Of a DNA stretch of 64,000 nt, positions 18,981 through 29,087 are shown piece after piece. Position 1 is the first letter of the stretch. Every line of letters begins with the position of its first letter. The DNA lies in the IMG/VR virus record IMGVR_UViG_3300020469_003050, positions 278,608 to 342,607 of that record, one strand, 5' to 3'. Under the pieces are notes generated by a model that searched no databases, was not told where the DNA came from, and saw only the letters and a program-made list of their open reading frames with translations. The position numbers and the translations under genes are program-made.

Positions 18981-20489
18981 ATGGATTATGTTATCTGGGC
19001 ATTAATTGGCACCTGTTATGGAATGCTAGTTGGTATTATACCTATCGCAGGTGTAACTACCGCCCTGATAACTGTCTTTAGCATGGGAGCATACTTTATG
19101 GCCGACCCCTATTTGGGGTTGGTCTTTTTAACGGCTATCGTGGCAAGTTGTGCCAGTGCAGATAGTTACACAAGTATTCTTACTGGTATTCCAGGCGCAA
19201 GTACAACTGCGGCATGTGTTATTGATGGTTATCCTATGGCGAAGAAAGGCCAAGCGGCCAGGGCAATGGGAATTGCTATCGCAGATTCAACATTTAATGG
19301 TGTAGTATTTGCGGCTCTAACCTTTTTCTTACTTCCTTATTATGGGAAAGTAATTGTATTATTTGGTCGTCCAGAATTTCTGGGCTTCATGTTGATGGCA
19401 CTTGCATGTGTAGGTTTCGTTGCAAGTAAGAATGTTTTCTTAAGTATCTGTGCAATCATATTTGGATTATGTGTGGGTATGGTAGGAGAAGATGTTGTAA
19501 GTAATCCTAGATTAACATTTGGTTGGGAATATTTACAAAACGGAATAGGCATGGTTGTTCTATTATCAGGTCTGTTTGGTGTTCCAGAATTATTAGATGG
19601 ATTTAGAAGAAAACTAAAATCAGCGGCACCTCCAATGGAAGGAAGTTATTGGGAAGGGCTAAAAGAAGGTTTTGGTGATGTTCGAAAGAATTGGAAAGAT
19701 ATGATGCGTGGTGGTCTAATTGGTTTTGTTACTGGTTTGTTACCAGGTGTAGGAGGCGCAGTAGGTGACTTCTTAGCATACGGTGCCACAAAAGCCGCAC
19801 ATAAAGATAAAGACCAAGAAGTACCTTTTGGATCAGGGAATCCAGTAGGGTTATTAGGCTGTGAAGGAGCCAACAACGCACAGAAAGTATCTAGTATGAT
19901 ACCTGCTTGTTTGTTTGGTATTCCAGCGGCGCCATTTGCGGCTATGGTTATGGCAATCTGTATGTATTTTGGTATGGAAATCGGTACACCTAGTTTACTA
20001 GATGATATTCAATTTACAAATAGTTTAGCATTTGGATATATCTTTGGAACTATTGGTGTAGCACTATTAAGTATATTCTTATACAAATGGATTCTTAAAG
20101 TACTAGAAGTTCCTTTCTGGATTTACGCAACATTTATTTTAGCAGTAATTGTTTATGCTAATATGCAATACACAGGTGGTTGGGAAGACCTAGCCTTACT
20201 GGCTATATTAAGTGCTATTGGTGTTGTATGTAAAATATACAATATTAGTAGACCAGCTATTCTTGTTGCATATGTTGTAGCATTTAAAATTGATGAGTAT
20301 TTTTGGGGAACATTACAGTTGTATGGTTACAAACAATGGAAACCAGGGTTAACTTCAATGTCAGATTTTAGATGGTTTGACTTATTCAACATTTATAATC
20401 ACCCTATCTTTCTTGTGTGTATTCTTATAGCTTTAGGAATATTCATAAATAGTCTTGTAAGAAAAGATAAAGGACTCGATTATACATGA
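18981..20489 (+). CDS. tctA: Tripartite tricarboxylate transporter permease TctA
   Basis: GIPG..TTAA..IDGYPMAKKG, GLLPGVGG, EGANNA, LFGIP; about 12 TM. Confidence 0.85.
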   Translation: MDYVIWALIGTCYGMLVGIIPIAGVTTALITVFSMGAYFMADPYLGLVFLTAIVASCASADSYTSILTGIPGASTTAACVIDGYPMAKKGQAARAMGIAIADSTFNGVVFAALTFFLLPYYGKVIVLFGRPEFLGFMLMALACVGFVASKNVFLSICAIIFGLCVGMVGEDVVSNPRLTFGWEYLQNGIGMVVLLSGLFGVPELLDGFRRKLKSAAPPMEGSYWEGLKEGFGDVRKNWKDMMRGGLIGFVTGLLPGVGGAVGDFLAYGATKAAHKDKDQEVPFGSGNPVGLLGCEGANNAQKVSSMIPACLFGIPAAPFAAMVMAICMYFGMEIGTPSLLDDIQFTNSLAFGYIFGTIGVALLSIFLYKWILKVLEVPFWIYATFILAVIVYANMQYTGGWEDLALLAILSAIGVVCKIYNISRPAILVAYVVAFKIDEYFWGTLQLYGYKQWKPGLTSMSDFRWFDLFNIYNHPIFLVCILIALGIFINSLVRKDKGLDYT

Positions 20490-21232
20490 TACACAAAACA
20501 AATTGGTCTAAGACCTTAAAAGACCCGTCTGAATTCGAATCGAATTGGGATTGGACAGTAGCACATAGCGAATATCATTTTGACGATAACAAAGTTGATA
20601 AAGAAGGTGAATGGTTTAAGGTTTTAGGCCGATTTGATAATCCAGATTTGTGGAAAGAAGATAGAGATAAATTAGTTGAGCAATCAACAAAAGCAATTAA
20701 TTGGGAAACTCGTAAATTCTACGGAGATAGAGAAGACGAGTCCCCAATGTTGAAACAAGAAGAACATGATATTGCACAAGGTGGTGGGGACCCTAAAAAA
20801 CTTATGCTTACAAATATGAAAGATGAGTTAGAAGATTATCCAATGCTTGTTAAAATGAAAGAACACTTTGGAGTAATAGGCGGAAAAGACGAATTAAAAT
20901 ACCGGGCCCATGTACAGTTAACAGGTCAAATGTTTAATTTACATATTGATAAACTATGGGATAGATGTATCGATGATCCAGAACAAGTATGTCGTATTAC
21001 ATTTTTCTTAGATGATTGGAAACCAGGACAGTTTTATATGTATGGAAATTGTATCTACGAAAGATGGAAAGCTGGTGAGGCTCATATTTTTGATTGGGCT
21101 AACGCACCACATGCCACTGCAAACGCAAGTAATTTTCCTAGACCAAGTATTCAGATTACAGGATTAAAATCTGAAAAGACTAGAGAAATCATTGCTAACG
21201 GATCACGTGATACAGTATGGACACTAGAGTAA
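20486..21232 (+). CDS. 2OG-Fe(II)/Asp-beta-hydroxylase-like oxygenase
   Basis: LHID, WKAGEAHIFD, PHATAN, RPSIQITG. Confidence 0.6.
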   Translation: MIHKTNWSKTLKDPSEFESNWDWTVAHSEYHFDDNKVDKEGEWFKVLGRFDNPDLWKEDRDKLVEQSTKAINWETRKFYGDREDESPMLKQEEHDIAQGGGDPKKLMLTNMKDELEDYPMLVKMKEHFGVIGGKDELKYRAHVQLTGQMFNLHIDKLWDRCIDDPEQVCRITFFLDDWKPGQFYMYGNCIYERWKAGEAHIFDWANAPHATANASNFPRPSIQITGLKSEKTREIIANGSRDTVWTLE

Positions 21233-21417
21233 GAAGCCTTGTTAAAACTGTATCTTGGAGATTAACAGGAACTCTTTGTACATTTTTAATCAGTTATGCA
21301 ATACTACGTGATTTAACTATCAGTGGTTCTATTGCAGTAATTCAATTAACAGCCAACACAGTTGCATTCTATATACATGAACGTATATGGAACCTAGTAA
21401 AATGGGGTAAACGTTGA
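21217..21417 (+). CDS. DUF2061-like small membrane protein
   Basis: RSLVKTVSWR...FYIHERIW. Confidence 0.8.
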   Translation: MDTRVRSLVKTVSWRLTGTLCTFLISYAILRDLTISGSIAVIQLTANTVAFYIHERIWNLVKWGKR

Positions 21418-22055
21418 AACCAATATTAACAATAATGACAGGTCCACAAGGAAGTGGTAATCATTTATTCAGTAAAGTATTAGGACAAAATAAAAATATA
21501 TTTGTATGGCCGAATCTACAAGAAAAATATTGGGAAGGACATGATTTAGAACCCTTTGCAGAATGCTGGAAAGACCCATCAAAACTAAAAGATTTTGATT
21601 GGAGACAAAGCAATTATTTCATCACAAGTATCAGTTGTCCTTATTTTGATGATGGAGTAGAAACTATACCACAATATAATGAGTTTATAAATATAGCGAA
21701 GAAATTTGCTGATATTCAATTTCTTATACTTGGTAGAGATAGAAACATTATGAAATTGCAACAAGAACGTGTAAGAGGAAAACATACTACTCCTGAATTT
21801 ATGACACAAATAGATAGTATAATTTTTAATTTTAGGACTATCTTTGCAAGCCAAGAAATGTTATACTTATATAAGTTAAATTATCTACAGTGGTTAGAAA
21901 AAGAATTAGGATTGTATCCAATAGAAATAACATTAGACGATATTAAATTATTAGATGTATTACGTAAAGATGCAAATGAAAAATACATATCACAAACAGA
22001 GTCAGAACTAGACGAAGTAATAAAATTAGCAAGTAGTCGGAAAGGGGCAATATGA
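21414..22055 (+). CDS. Sulfotransferase-like P-loop protein
   Basis: IMTGPQGSGNHLFSKVL resembles the 5'-PSB loop; LILGRD. Confidence 0.5.
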   Translation: MKPILTIMTGPQGSGNHLFSKVLGQNKNIFVWPNLQEKYWEGHDLEPFAECWKDPSKLKDFDWRQSNYFITSISCPYFDDGVETIPQYNEFINIAKKFADIQFLILGRDRNIMKLQQERVRGKHTTPEFMTQIDSIIFNFRTIFASQEMLYLYKLNYLQWLEKELGLYPIEITLDDIKLLDVLRKDANEKYISQTESELDEVIKLASSRKGAI

Positions 22056-22543
22056 AAATTTTAATATTTGGTTTACCAGGAAGTGGCAAGAGTACTCTTG
22101 CTGAACCATTAGCAAAACTTCTTGGAGGGTTTCATGTCAACGCAGATAAAGTACGAGAAAAATATGAAGGACATGATATGAGTAAATGGGACTTTAGTCC
22201 TGAAGGACGTATGAGACAAGCACAAAGAATGAAATTCATTAGTGATGGTGTAGTTATGGCTGGCAAAATTGCGGTTGCTGACTTTGTTTGCCCCACACAA
22301 AAAGCAAGAAAAGAATTTGGTGCAGACTTTACAGTGTGGATGGATACTATTGAAGAAGGTAGATACGAAGATACAAACAAAATGTTTGAAAAGCCTAGTG
22401 CCTATGAAAGAGATTATCATGTCGCAAAATGGTTTGATGATACTCATGTACAGTTAGTACCTATCGTAGAAAGATATATGAAGAAAACATCAACAACACC
22501 TGTAGGATACAGTGCATGGAGATTAGATAATGACGATATTTAA
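22052..22543 (+). CDS. cysC: Adenylylsulfate kinase-like protein
   Basis: GLPGSGKSTLA, NADKVR, DFSPEGR.RQ, DFVCP, FEKP. Confidence 0.75.
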   Translation: MKILIFGLPGSGKSTLAEPLAKLLGGFHVNADKVREKYEGHDMSKWDFSPEGRMRQAQRMKFISDGVVMAGKIAVADFVCPTQKARKEFGADFTVWMDTIEEGRYEDTNKMFEKPSAYERDYHVAKWFDDTHVQLVPIVERYMKKTSTTPVGYSAWRLDNDDI

Positions 22544-22940
22544 TACATTTAAACCCACAACACAAATGCTAGGTAGATGGCAACCCTGGCATGATGGACA
22601 TACTGAATTATTTAAACGTGCATTAGCAGAAACAGGGCAAGTTTGTATTCAGATTAGAACTGTGCCACAACAAGAAGATGCAAGTGGAGGGCGTACAGTA
22701 GTACAAGATGATAATCCTTTTATTGCTACAGATGTAGAAGAAAACATTAAGAAAGAATTAGAAAAAGTAGGATATACATATGGGCATGAGTATATCATAA
22801 TGAGAGTGCCTAATATAGTAGATATTAGCTATGGAAGAGGCGTAGGTTATACGTTCACAGAACATGACTTAGGAAAAGAGATACATAGTATTAGTGCTAC
22901 AAAAATACGAGCAGAAATGCGAAAGGAAGGCAAATTATAA
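22530..22940 (+). CDS. HxGH nucleotidyltransferase (cytidylyltransferase-like)
   Basis: GRWQPWHDGH, DNPF, ISATKIR. Confidence 0.8.
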   Translation: MTIFNTFKPTTQMLGRWQPWHDGHTELFKRALAETGQVCIQIRTVPQQEDASGGRTVVQDDNPFIATDVEENIKKELEKVGYTYGHEYIIMRVPNIVDISYGRGVGYTFTEHDLGKEIHSISATKIRAEMRKEGKL

Positions 22941-22968
22941 ATTGACTTTATAATTTGAATTTGTTATA

Positions 22969-23193
22969 ATGAACATAGTATATATTAAATACGCAAGTGC
23001 AATCTTAATATTAGTTGCCATGGTTTTACATGTTGCAGGTATTACACCATGGAATAGTATCATACAAATGATAGGAGCAAGTGGTTGGATATATGTGGGC
23101 TATAAATGGAATGAAAAAGCAATTATATTAAATTTCTTACCACAGTTTGCAATCATAATACCAATGCTAATATGGATTTATTGGATTAGTTAA
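22969..23193 (+). CDS. Small membrane protein
   Basis: 3 hydrophobic segments; promoter TTGACT(22942)-17-TATAAT. Confidence 0.6.
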   Translation: MNIVYIKYASAILILVAMVLHVAGITPWNSIIQMIGASGWIYVGYKWNEKAIILNFLPQFAIIIPMLIWIYWIS

Positions 23194-23203
23194 GGAAAAT
23201 AAA

Positions 23204-23917
23204 ATGACAGTAGGTGTAATCTCCGCAATCCCAGAAGAATATTCAAAGTTAAGGTGGGATAGTGAACCAAGAACTGAAACGATTATCAATAAGATTTTTC
23301 AATTCGGTACAATGAATGATGTAAAAGTTATTGCCGCAGAATGCGGTATTGGTAAAGTTAATGCAAGTATGACAACTTCATTGCTTTTAGGACATTTCGG
23401 ATGTGATAGTATCATATTCTCAGGTGTAGCAGGAGGGTTAAATCCAAAATATAACATTGGTGATGTATTAGTTGCAGAACAACTTATTCAGCATGATTAT
23501 GGTGCAATAGTAAATGGTCAAGTAATTAGTGCTATACCGGGTAGTTTCCCAGGCATGGTAGATGAGAACGAAGATGTATCATATAAAATGTCATTAGACA
23601 TGCGTGAAGCAATCAAAAGAAATGTAGACGATGATATAAAGTTTGGTAGAATTTTAACAGGTGATACATACCTTGCTTGTTCTAAAACAAGAGAAATGTT
23701 TCATAAACAATTTAAAGCAGATGCAATAGAAATGGAAGGAGGAGCAATCGCTCAAGTGTGTTGTAATTGGCATAAACCATTTGTTGTTATACGTGTATTA
23801 AGTGATTTATCAGGAAATGATTCGCATTTCGATTTTAATGAATTTGTTGACGAAAGTTCAGCAAAGTCGGCAATAGTTGTAAATAGACTATTACCGGTAT
23901 TGGACGCATGGGCATGA
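23204..23917 (+). CDS. mtnN: 5'-methylthioadenosine/SAH nucleosidase
   Basis: GIGKVNA, FSGVAGG, TGD, EMEGGAIAQ, IRVLSD. Confidence 0.92.
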   Translation: MTVGVISAIPEEYSKLRWDSEPRTETIINKIFQFGTMNDVKVIAAECGIGKVNASMTTSLLLGHFGCDSIIFSGVAGGLNPKYNIGDVLVAEQLIQHDYGAIVNGQVISAIPGSFPGMVDENEDVSYKMSLDMREAIKRNVDDDIKFGRILTGDTYLACSKTREMFHKQFKADAIEMEGGAIAQVCCNWHKPFVVIRVLSDLSGNDSHFDFNEFVDESSAKSAIVVNRLLPVLDAWA

Positions 23918-24357
23918 TTGAGAAATTTGAAGATACTCCTTTTGAAAAAAATAAACAAAAAGTAATAGAAGAAACAGAATACTATAAAGCATTTGAAGAC
24001 AAATGGCCCGTATGTGAAGGTCATTTGCTTTTTGTTCCTAAAGAAAATAACACAAAATTCATTACAATAGCCCTACAAGCAACTGTCCAGTATGGTGAAA
24101 AGCTAATTGAAGAAGGTAAAATCGATGGTTATCATTTTGGAATGAATATGAGAAAGCCAGCTGGTCAATCAGTTATGTGGCCTCATGTTCATTTTATGCC
24201 AAGAAAAGAAGGCGATATAGAAGGTTTTCCCGGAAGTGTAAGATTTGCAGTTAGAAATGGCAAAGGCCCATCGTACTATATGGAACACCCTAAATACAAA
24301 GAAGAATTTATTGAAAAACATCAAAAAGAAATAGAAGAGGACGGATTTAATTTTTAA
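23908..24357 (+). CDS. HIT-family nucleotide hydrolase (variant triad)
   Basis: PVCEGHLLFVPK, AGQSVMWPHVHFMPR. Confidence 0.85.
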   Translation: MGMIEKFEDTPFEKNKQKVIEETEYYKAFEDKWPVCEGHLLFVPKENNTKFITIALQATVQYGEKLIEEGKIDGYHFGMNMRKPAGQSVMWPHVHFMPRKEGDIEGFPGSVRFAVRNGKGPSYYMEHPKYKEEFIEKHQKEIEEDGFNF

Positions 24358-25799
24358 TGAATGATAAAACTTTCTGCATTGCTCCATGGCATGATGTTCA
24401 TATTATAACAGACGGAACATTCAAAGGGTGTTGCGTGATGAACCACGGAGAAGTAGGAGGGAGACTTTTAACTAACGGTGTTGTTCACACAGTAACAGAT
24501 AGTGGTGTGAATGGTGCAATGAATTCTGATACAAGTAAAGAATTAAGATTAGATATGCTACAAGGTAAATGGCATACTAATTGCACACGATGTAAAAATG
24601 AAGAAGCATCTGGTATGCGTAGTATGAGACAGTTATACGGAGACAGATGGAAAAACTTTACATACAAAGATGCAGAGAAAATAACTAATTTAGATACTGG
24701 CGAAATACCAGTAGACCACAAACCTTTCTATTATGATATTCAGTTAGGTAATTTATGTAATCTTAAATGTAGAATTTGTAATCCACTAGTTAGTTCTGCT
24801 TGGATACCTGATTACATGAAAATGATGAGATTAGGTAATAAAGCTGAGATTAAAGTAAGAGGCGGTAAGAAACCTTTTAAGATTGATATTGAACACGTAA
24901 AAGGTAAACAATATAATATTTCACCTAATCCATTTGCGTGGGCAGAGTCAGATGAATTTTGGGAACAAATGTCTGCTATTAAAGGAGAGATTGACCATCT
25001 ATATTTGATTGGGGGCGAACCAATGATGATTCATAGACACTTTAAGTTTTTAGAAGAATGCGTAGAAAGTGGTGATGCGAGTCATATTACATTACAGTAT
25101 GATACTAACTTAACAAACATTCCTGAAAAAGTTATGGGATATTGGTCTCATTTTAAATCTCTAATGATTGGTTTTAGTATTGATGGCATGGGTCCAGAGT
25201 TAGAATACATGAGACACCCTGTAAAGTGGTCGCATATTCTTAGAAATATAAACAGAGTAGAAGAATTTGCAAAGAAAAATGATAACGTTAAGTTAAATGA
25301 TTCTATCACAATCAATACATATAACGTACTTCATATACTTGATTTCATTGAATGGAAAGTAAAAGCAGGTAAAAATGATTATGAATTTTTATGGCAATGG
25401 CATGATGAGAACTTTTGTGCCCATCCATTGCATGGTCCTGATTTTTTGTGTGTTAAGACTATGCCATTGAGTGCTAAAAAATATGTTACTCAGAGATATT
25501 ACGAATGGCGTGATAAAATGCATGAATGGTGTGATAGTATTGATTACTACACAAAGAGGCGTAAACCAGAAGATATCAAAATTGCAGTAACTAAGTTTGT
25601 CGATAGATGGGTAGAATTCATCAACCAAGAAGATTGGTCTCATAGAGTATGGAAATTCTGGGAGTATACGAATGACCTAGATGAAGTCAGAGGTGAGAAT
25701 TTTAAAGAAGTATTCCCTGAACTTGCTAAGATTATGTGGGATTATCCAAAGAAACCTAGCTGGATGTTTGCCCCTACGAATACGTATCCAACAGAATAA
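24357..25799 (+). CDS. Radical SAM protein with N-terminal twitch/SPASM-like domain
   Basis: CNLKCRIC; FCIAPW, GCC, CTRC; GGEP; SIDG. Confidence 0.9.
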   Translation: MNDKTFCIAPWHDVHIITDGTFKGCCVMNHGEVGGRLLTNGVVHTVTDSGVNGAMNSDTSKELRLDMLQGKWHTNCTRCKNEEASGMRSMRQLYGDRWKNFTYKDAEKITNLDTGEIPVDHKPFYYDIQLGNLCNLKCRICNPLVSSAWIPDYMKMMRLGNKAEIKVRGGKKPFKIDIEHVKGKQYNISPNPFAWAESDEFWEQMSAIKGEIDHLYLIGGEPMMIHRHFKFLEECVESGDASHITLQYDTNLTNIPEKVMGYWSHFKSLMIGFSIDGMGPELEYMRHPVKWSHILRNINRVEEFAKKNDNVKLNDSITINTYNVLHILDFIEWKVKAGKNDYEFLWQWHDENFCAHPLHGPDFLCVKTMPLSAKKYVTQRYYEWRDKMHEWCDSIDYYTKRRKPEDIKIAVTKFVDRWVEFINQEDWSHRVWKFWEYTNDLDEVRGENFKEVFPELAKIMWDYPKKPSWMFAPTNTYPTE

Positions 25800-25849
25800 T
25801 AAGAATACTGATAAATAGTCGTAGTTATCTATTTAAGGAGGACACAACT

Positions 25850-26860
25850 ATGATGATTTTTTTAGTAAGATATTTTATAAAATGGGTTATTCAGGGTTGG
25901 ATCCTTGCCAGATTAGCCAAAAGAGTTAGAAAGGCATTAGTAAAAAAGTACAATTTAGAAGGCAAATTTAAAGAAACTGTTAAGAACAAAAAAGATATAG
26001 ATTGGAAAAAGATTAAATGGTATGCTGAATTAGCCGGTTATATTTACAAAGATAACAAAAGTATTCAGAAAAAGTACAAGAATCTTGATAAGAAAATATA
26101 CATAAACGAGATTAACGAAATCAAGTACTGCATTATAACTGATAATCACAGACAAGCATATTATATATCAATAAGAGGCACGAAGAATTCTCATAATGCA
26201 ATGCAAGATATTAACTTTTTCAAAGATAAGAGTTTCAGACTAGGTATAGAATTACACACAGGCTTTCATAGAACTGCCGAAATGATAGCAGATGATATCA
26301 TGGGTAGATTAGATAAGACTTGGGATATAACTGTAACTGGTCATAGTTTAGGTGGTGCAGAAGCAGTAATCGTAAGTTGGTATTTAGATTATGCAGGATT
26401 TAAAGTTTCTGAGTGTATTACATACGGTCAACCTAAAGTAACAGATTCACACGGTACTAGAGCAATGAGAGGTAAGATTAAACTTACACGTATTGTTAAT
26501 GAAACAGATATAGTTGCATTAGTCCCACCAGCTGGAACGCATAGACATAGATATGCTCATAGTGGTACATTAATTAAATTGCTAGACAATGGTAAATATT
26601 GTCATTTAGAAGAACCAGATAGTTTAAACTTTGGTGTGAATAGTTTCTGGTTGTTCGCGGCAAGAGAAGATTTTTCATTTTGGGAAGTTGGCAAAGAACT
26701 GCCCGACCATTACATGACAGGTTACATCGACAATATTGATAAAATAGTCGATAATGGCGAAGAGGTCTTATGGAATAAAAGACTAGAACATATTGAAGAC
26801 AGTGGCATGTTAGGTGAATGGGTGAAAGATGATAAGAAGAAAGGTAAGGGTAAAAAATAG
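25850..26860 (+). CDS. Lipase class 3
   Basis: IRGT, HTGF, GHSLGG, D.V..VPP, DH; GATAAATA box at 25810. Confidence 0.9.
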   Translation: MMIFLVRYFIKWVIQGWILARLAKRVRKALVKKYNLEGKFKETVKNKKDIDWKKIKWYAELAGYIYKDNKSIQKKYKNLDKKIYINEINEIKYCIITDNHRQAYYISIRGTKNSHNAMQDINFFKDKSFRLGIELHTGFHRTAEMIADDIMGRLDKTWDITVTGHSLGGAEAVIVSWYLDYAGFKVSECITYGQPKVTDSHGTRAMRGKIKLTRIVNETDIVALVPPAGTHRHRYAHSGTLIKLLDNGKYCHLEEPDSLNFGVNSFWLFAAREDFSFWEVGKELPDHYMTGYIDNIDKIVDNGEEVLWNKRLEHIEDSGMLGEWVKDDKKKGKGKK

Positions 26861-27097
26861 ATGGAAGATAAATTAATCGACATTGACCATTTAGATAAAG
26901 CAGAAGCAAATTGGTTTACTCATTTTTACAAGGCGATGTATTTTAACGGTATTGGTTTGCTAATGGTAATAACAGGCATTATTCATGCTTTCTTTCCACA
27001 GTTTTTTGGATTTCTTCCATATAAACTTGCAAAGAAAATAACAGACGGGACAGAAAAGAACTTTCCTGGTTGTTTGAAAGATGCCAATAAAAAGTAA
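26861..27097 (+). CDS. Small membrane protein (DUF6356-like)
   Basis: HL...YF.HF-type N-terminus and IHAFFP. Confidence 0.55.
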   Translation: MEDKLIDIDHLDKAEANWFTHFYKAMYFNGIGLLMVITGIIHAFFPQFFGFLPYKLAKKITDGTEKNFPGCLKDANKK

Positions 27098-27109
27098 TTG
27101 GAGAGGATT

Positions 27110-27550
27110 ATGTATGAGTACCGATGTAAAATACTAAGAATAGTAGACGGAGACACAGTAGACGTTGATATTGACTTAGGCTTTGGTGTATGGATGCACA
27201 GAGAAAGAGTTAGGATTATGGGTATTGATACTCCTGAGTCTAGAACCAGAGATTTAACTGAAAAGAAATTCGGACTTGCGGCTAAAGAGTTTGTAAGATT
27301 TTTAATGCCAGTTGGGTCTAGTCAAATTATCATGACACAAAAAGATAAGACAGGTAAGTTTGGCAGAATTTTAGGAGACTTTAAAATCTGGGATAAAGAT
27401 AAAGATGATTATGTAACATTTACTACAGTTATGTTAGACAATCATCATGCAGTCCCTTATGAAGGTCAATCAAAAGACGCCATACAAGAACAACACCTGG
27501 AAAACAGAAAATGGCTAATAGAAGCAGGCCAAGTTAAATTGGAGGACTAA
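27110..27550 (+). CDS. Thermonuclease (SNase) family
   Basis: RIVDGDT, RIMGIDTPE, GKFGRILG; GGAGAGG RBS. Confidence 0.9.
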   Translation: MYEYRCKILRIVDGDTVDVDIDLGFGVWMHRERVRIMGIDTPESRTRDLTEKKFGLAAKEFVRFLMPVGSSQIIMTQKDKTGKFGRILGDFKIWDKDKDDYVTFTTVMLDNHHAVPYEGQSKDAIQEQHLENRKWLIEAGQVKLED

Positions 27551-27553
27551 AGA

Positions 27554-28384
27554 ATGGCTTTTAAGTTTAATTTCACTGTAGAACATGTAGCAGAATTACT
27601 ACCACGCATAGATGCTAACGAATGGCACGATGCAATGACTAGAGTTTTGCCTAGGTGGGATATTGATACCGTTGATAGAGTAGCAGGTTTTATTGCTCAG
27701 ACGGCTCATGAGTCCGCTGGATTTACTGTTCTATCTGAAAATCTAAATTACAGTGCAGATGCACTAGATAAGATTTTCCCGAAATATTTTAAACGTGCAG
27801 GAAGAAATGCACAAGAATATCATAGACAACCAGAAAAAATCGCAAACGTAATCTATGCAAATCGTATGGATAACGGAGATACTGACTCTGGTGACGGTTG
27901 GAGATTTAGAGGTGGGGGAATCCTACAACTAACAGGTCGTCACAACTATACAAAGTTTGGAGAGTCAGAAAGAAGAACTGCGGAAGAATGTACTGATTTT
28001 GTTCGCACACCTATTGGTGCATTAGCAAGTGCATGTTGGTTCTGGGAGACTAACAATATTAATCGTTATTGTGATGCACAAGATATTGTTGGAATGACAA
28101 AACGTATCAATGGTGGAACTATAGGACTAGAAGACCGTAAGAAACATTATGCACATGCGATAGAAGTACTAGGTGGTCATTATGATCCAAAAGAAGTACT
28201 AGAGACTGTTCGTAAAGGTAGCAAAGGAAGTACTGTTGCAAAAATGCAAAAAGCCCTTGGTATTAGTGCAGATGGAGATTTCGGCCCTGGAACAGAAGCG
28301 AAGTTGAAAGAATGGCAAACAAGTCAAGGACTAGTTGCTGACGGTATTGCAGGACCAAAAACTTTAGCGAAACTATTGGGTTAA
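27554..28384 (+). CDS. Endolysin, GH19 family with C-terminal PG-binding domain
   Basis: FIAQTAHES, ENLNYS, FRGGG.LQLTG, TKRINGG; DGDFGPGT and DGIAGPKT. Confidence 0.92.
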   Translation: MAFKFNFTVEHVAELLPRIDANEWHDAMTRVLPRWDIDTVDRVAGFIAQTAHESAGFTVLSENLNYSADALDKIFPKYFKRAGRNAQEYHRQPEKIANVIYANRMDNGDTDSGDGWRFRGGGILQLTGRHNYTKFGESERRTAEECTDFVRTPIGALASACWFWETNNINRYCDAQDIVGMTKRINGGTIGLEDRKKHYAHAIEVLGGHYDPKEVLETVRKGSKGSTVAKMQKALGISADGDFGPGTEAKLKEWQTSQGLVADGIAGPKTLAKLLG

Positions 28385-28482
28385 TGAACCCACAACTTAT
28401 CACAGTTTACCTCATGATAGGTATTTGTATATTATTACACGTTGTTGTAATACCAATATGGATGTGGAGTTTGGGATTATAA
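28384..28482 (+). CDS. 32-aa single-TM peptide
   Basis: TAATG overlap with endolysin stop; MNPQLITVYLMIGICILLHVVVIPIWMWSLGL. Confidence 0.45.
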   Translation: MNPQLITVYLMIGICILLHVVVIPIWMWSLGL

Positions 28483-28488
28483 AAGAAT

Positions 28489-28515
28489 AAAGGGATCATA
28501 AAGATCCCTTTTTTT
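28489..28515. terminator. Bidirectional terminator
   Basis: AAAGGGATC-ATAAA-GATCCCTTTTTTT between convergent units. Confidence 0.75.
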
Positions 28516-28654
28516 ATTTGCCTTGACCGTTGTACTTTTTGTACTGTCTTCTTTTATTCTTATTCTTAGGTCTAGTTCTGTTTGAATGTCCTATAGATGT
28601 TCTTTTCTTAGGTCCCTTTTCATGTGCAGTAGTGTTAGGTGCGTACCTCGCCAT
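28514..28654 (-). CDS. 46-aa highly basic protein
   Basis: AAGGA RBS; MARYAPNTTAHEKGPKKRTSIGHSNRTRPKNKNKRRQYKKYNGQGK. Confidence 0.65.
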   Translation of the reverse strand: MARYAPNTTAHEKGPKKRTSIGHSNRTRPKNKNKRRQYKKYNGQGK

Positions 28655-28670
28655 AAATCCTTTCTAGTGA

Positions 28671-29087
28671 TTACCACTTCCTACAAGACCAATATCTTGC
28701 TTTAGTCTTTGGACCTGGGTTATCACAGTTATGTCTAGCCCTGAAAGATTTTCTTCTAGCAGGATTAGATTTTTTAATTTTCATATTTGGATCACCAAAG
28801 CTAACTTTGATAACATTGCCTTTATCATTCTTTACATAAACCTTAAACTTCTTAACATCACCACGCATTGGCTTGTTAAGTTTAACTTTACGTCCTTGAT
28901 ATTCAGCTTCAAACATATCTGCTTCATCTTCTGAGAAAGCTAGATATCCGTATTCTTCATGAAAATCTTGGTCATCTTCTAGTACTACTTCATTCGTAAC
29001 AGTTTCACTGTTGATAGTTTCTTCATCACGAATAGCATCAACAATCGAATCACGCAATCTTTTCATTTCGTTTGATAATTGACTCAT
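28671..29087 (-). CDS. Putative virion/head-internal protein with basic Cys domain
   Basis: Acidic N-half, MFEAEY junction, RRKSFRARHNC...YWSC. Confidence 0.6.
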   Translation of the reverse strand: MSQLSNEMKRLRDSIVDAIRDEETINSETVTNEVVLEDDQDFHEEYGYLAFSEDEADMFEAEYQGRKVKLNKPMRGDVKKFKVYVKNDKGNVIKVSFGDPNMKIKKSNPARRKSFRARHNCDNPGPKTKARYWSCRKW

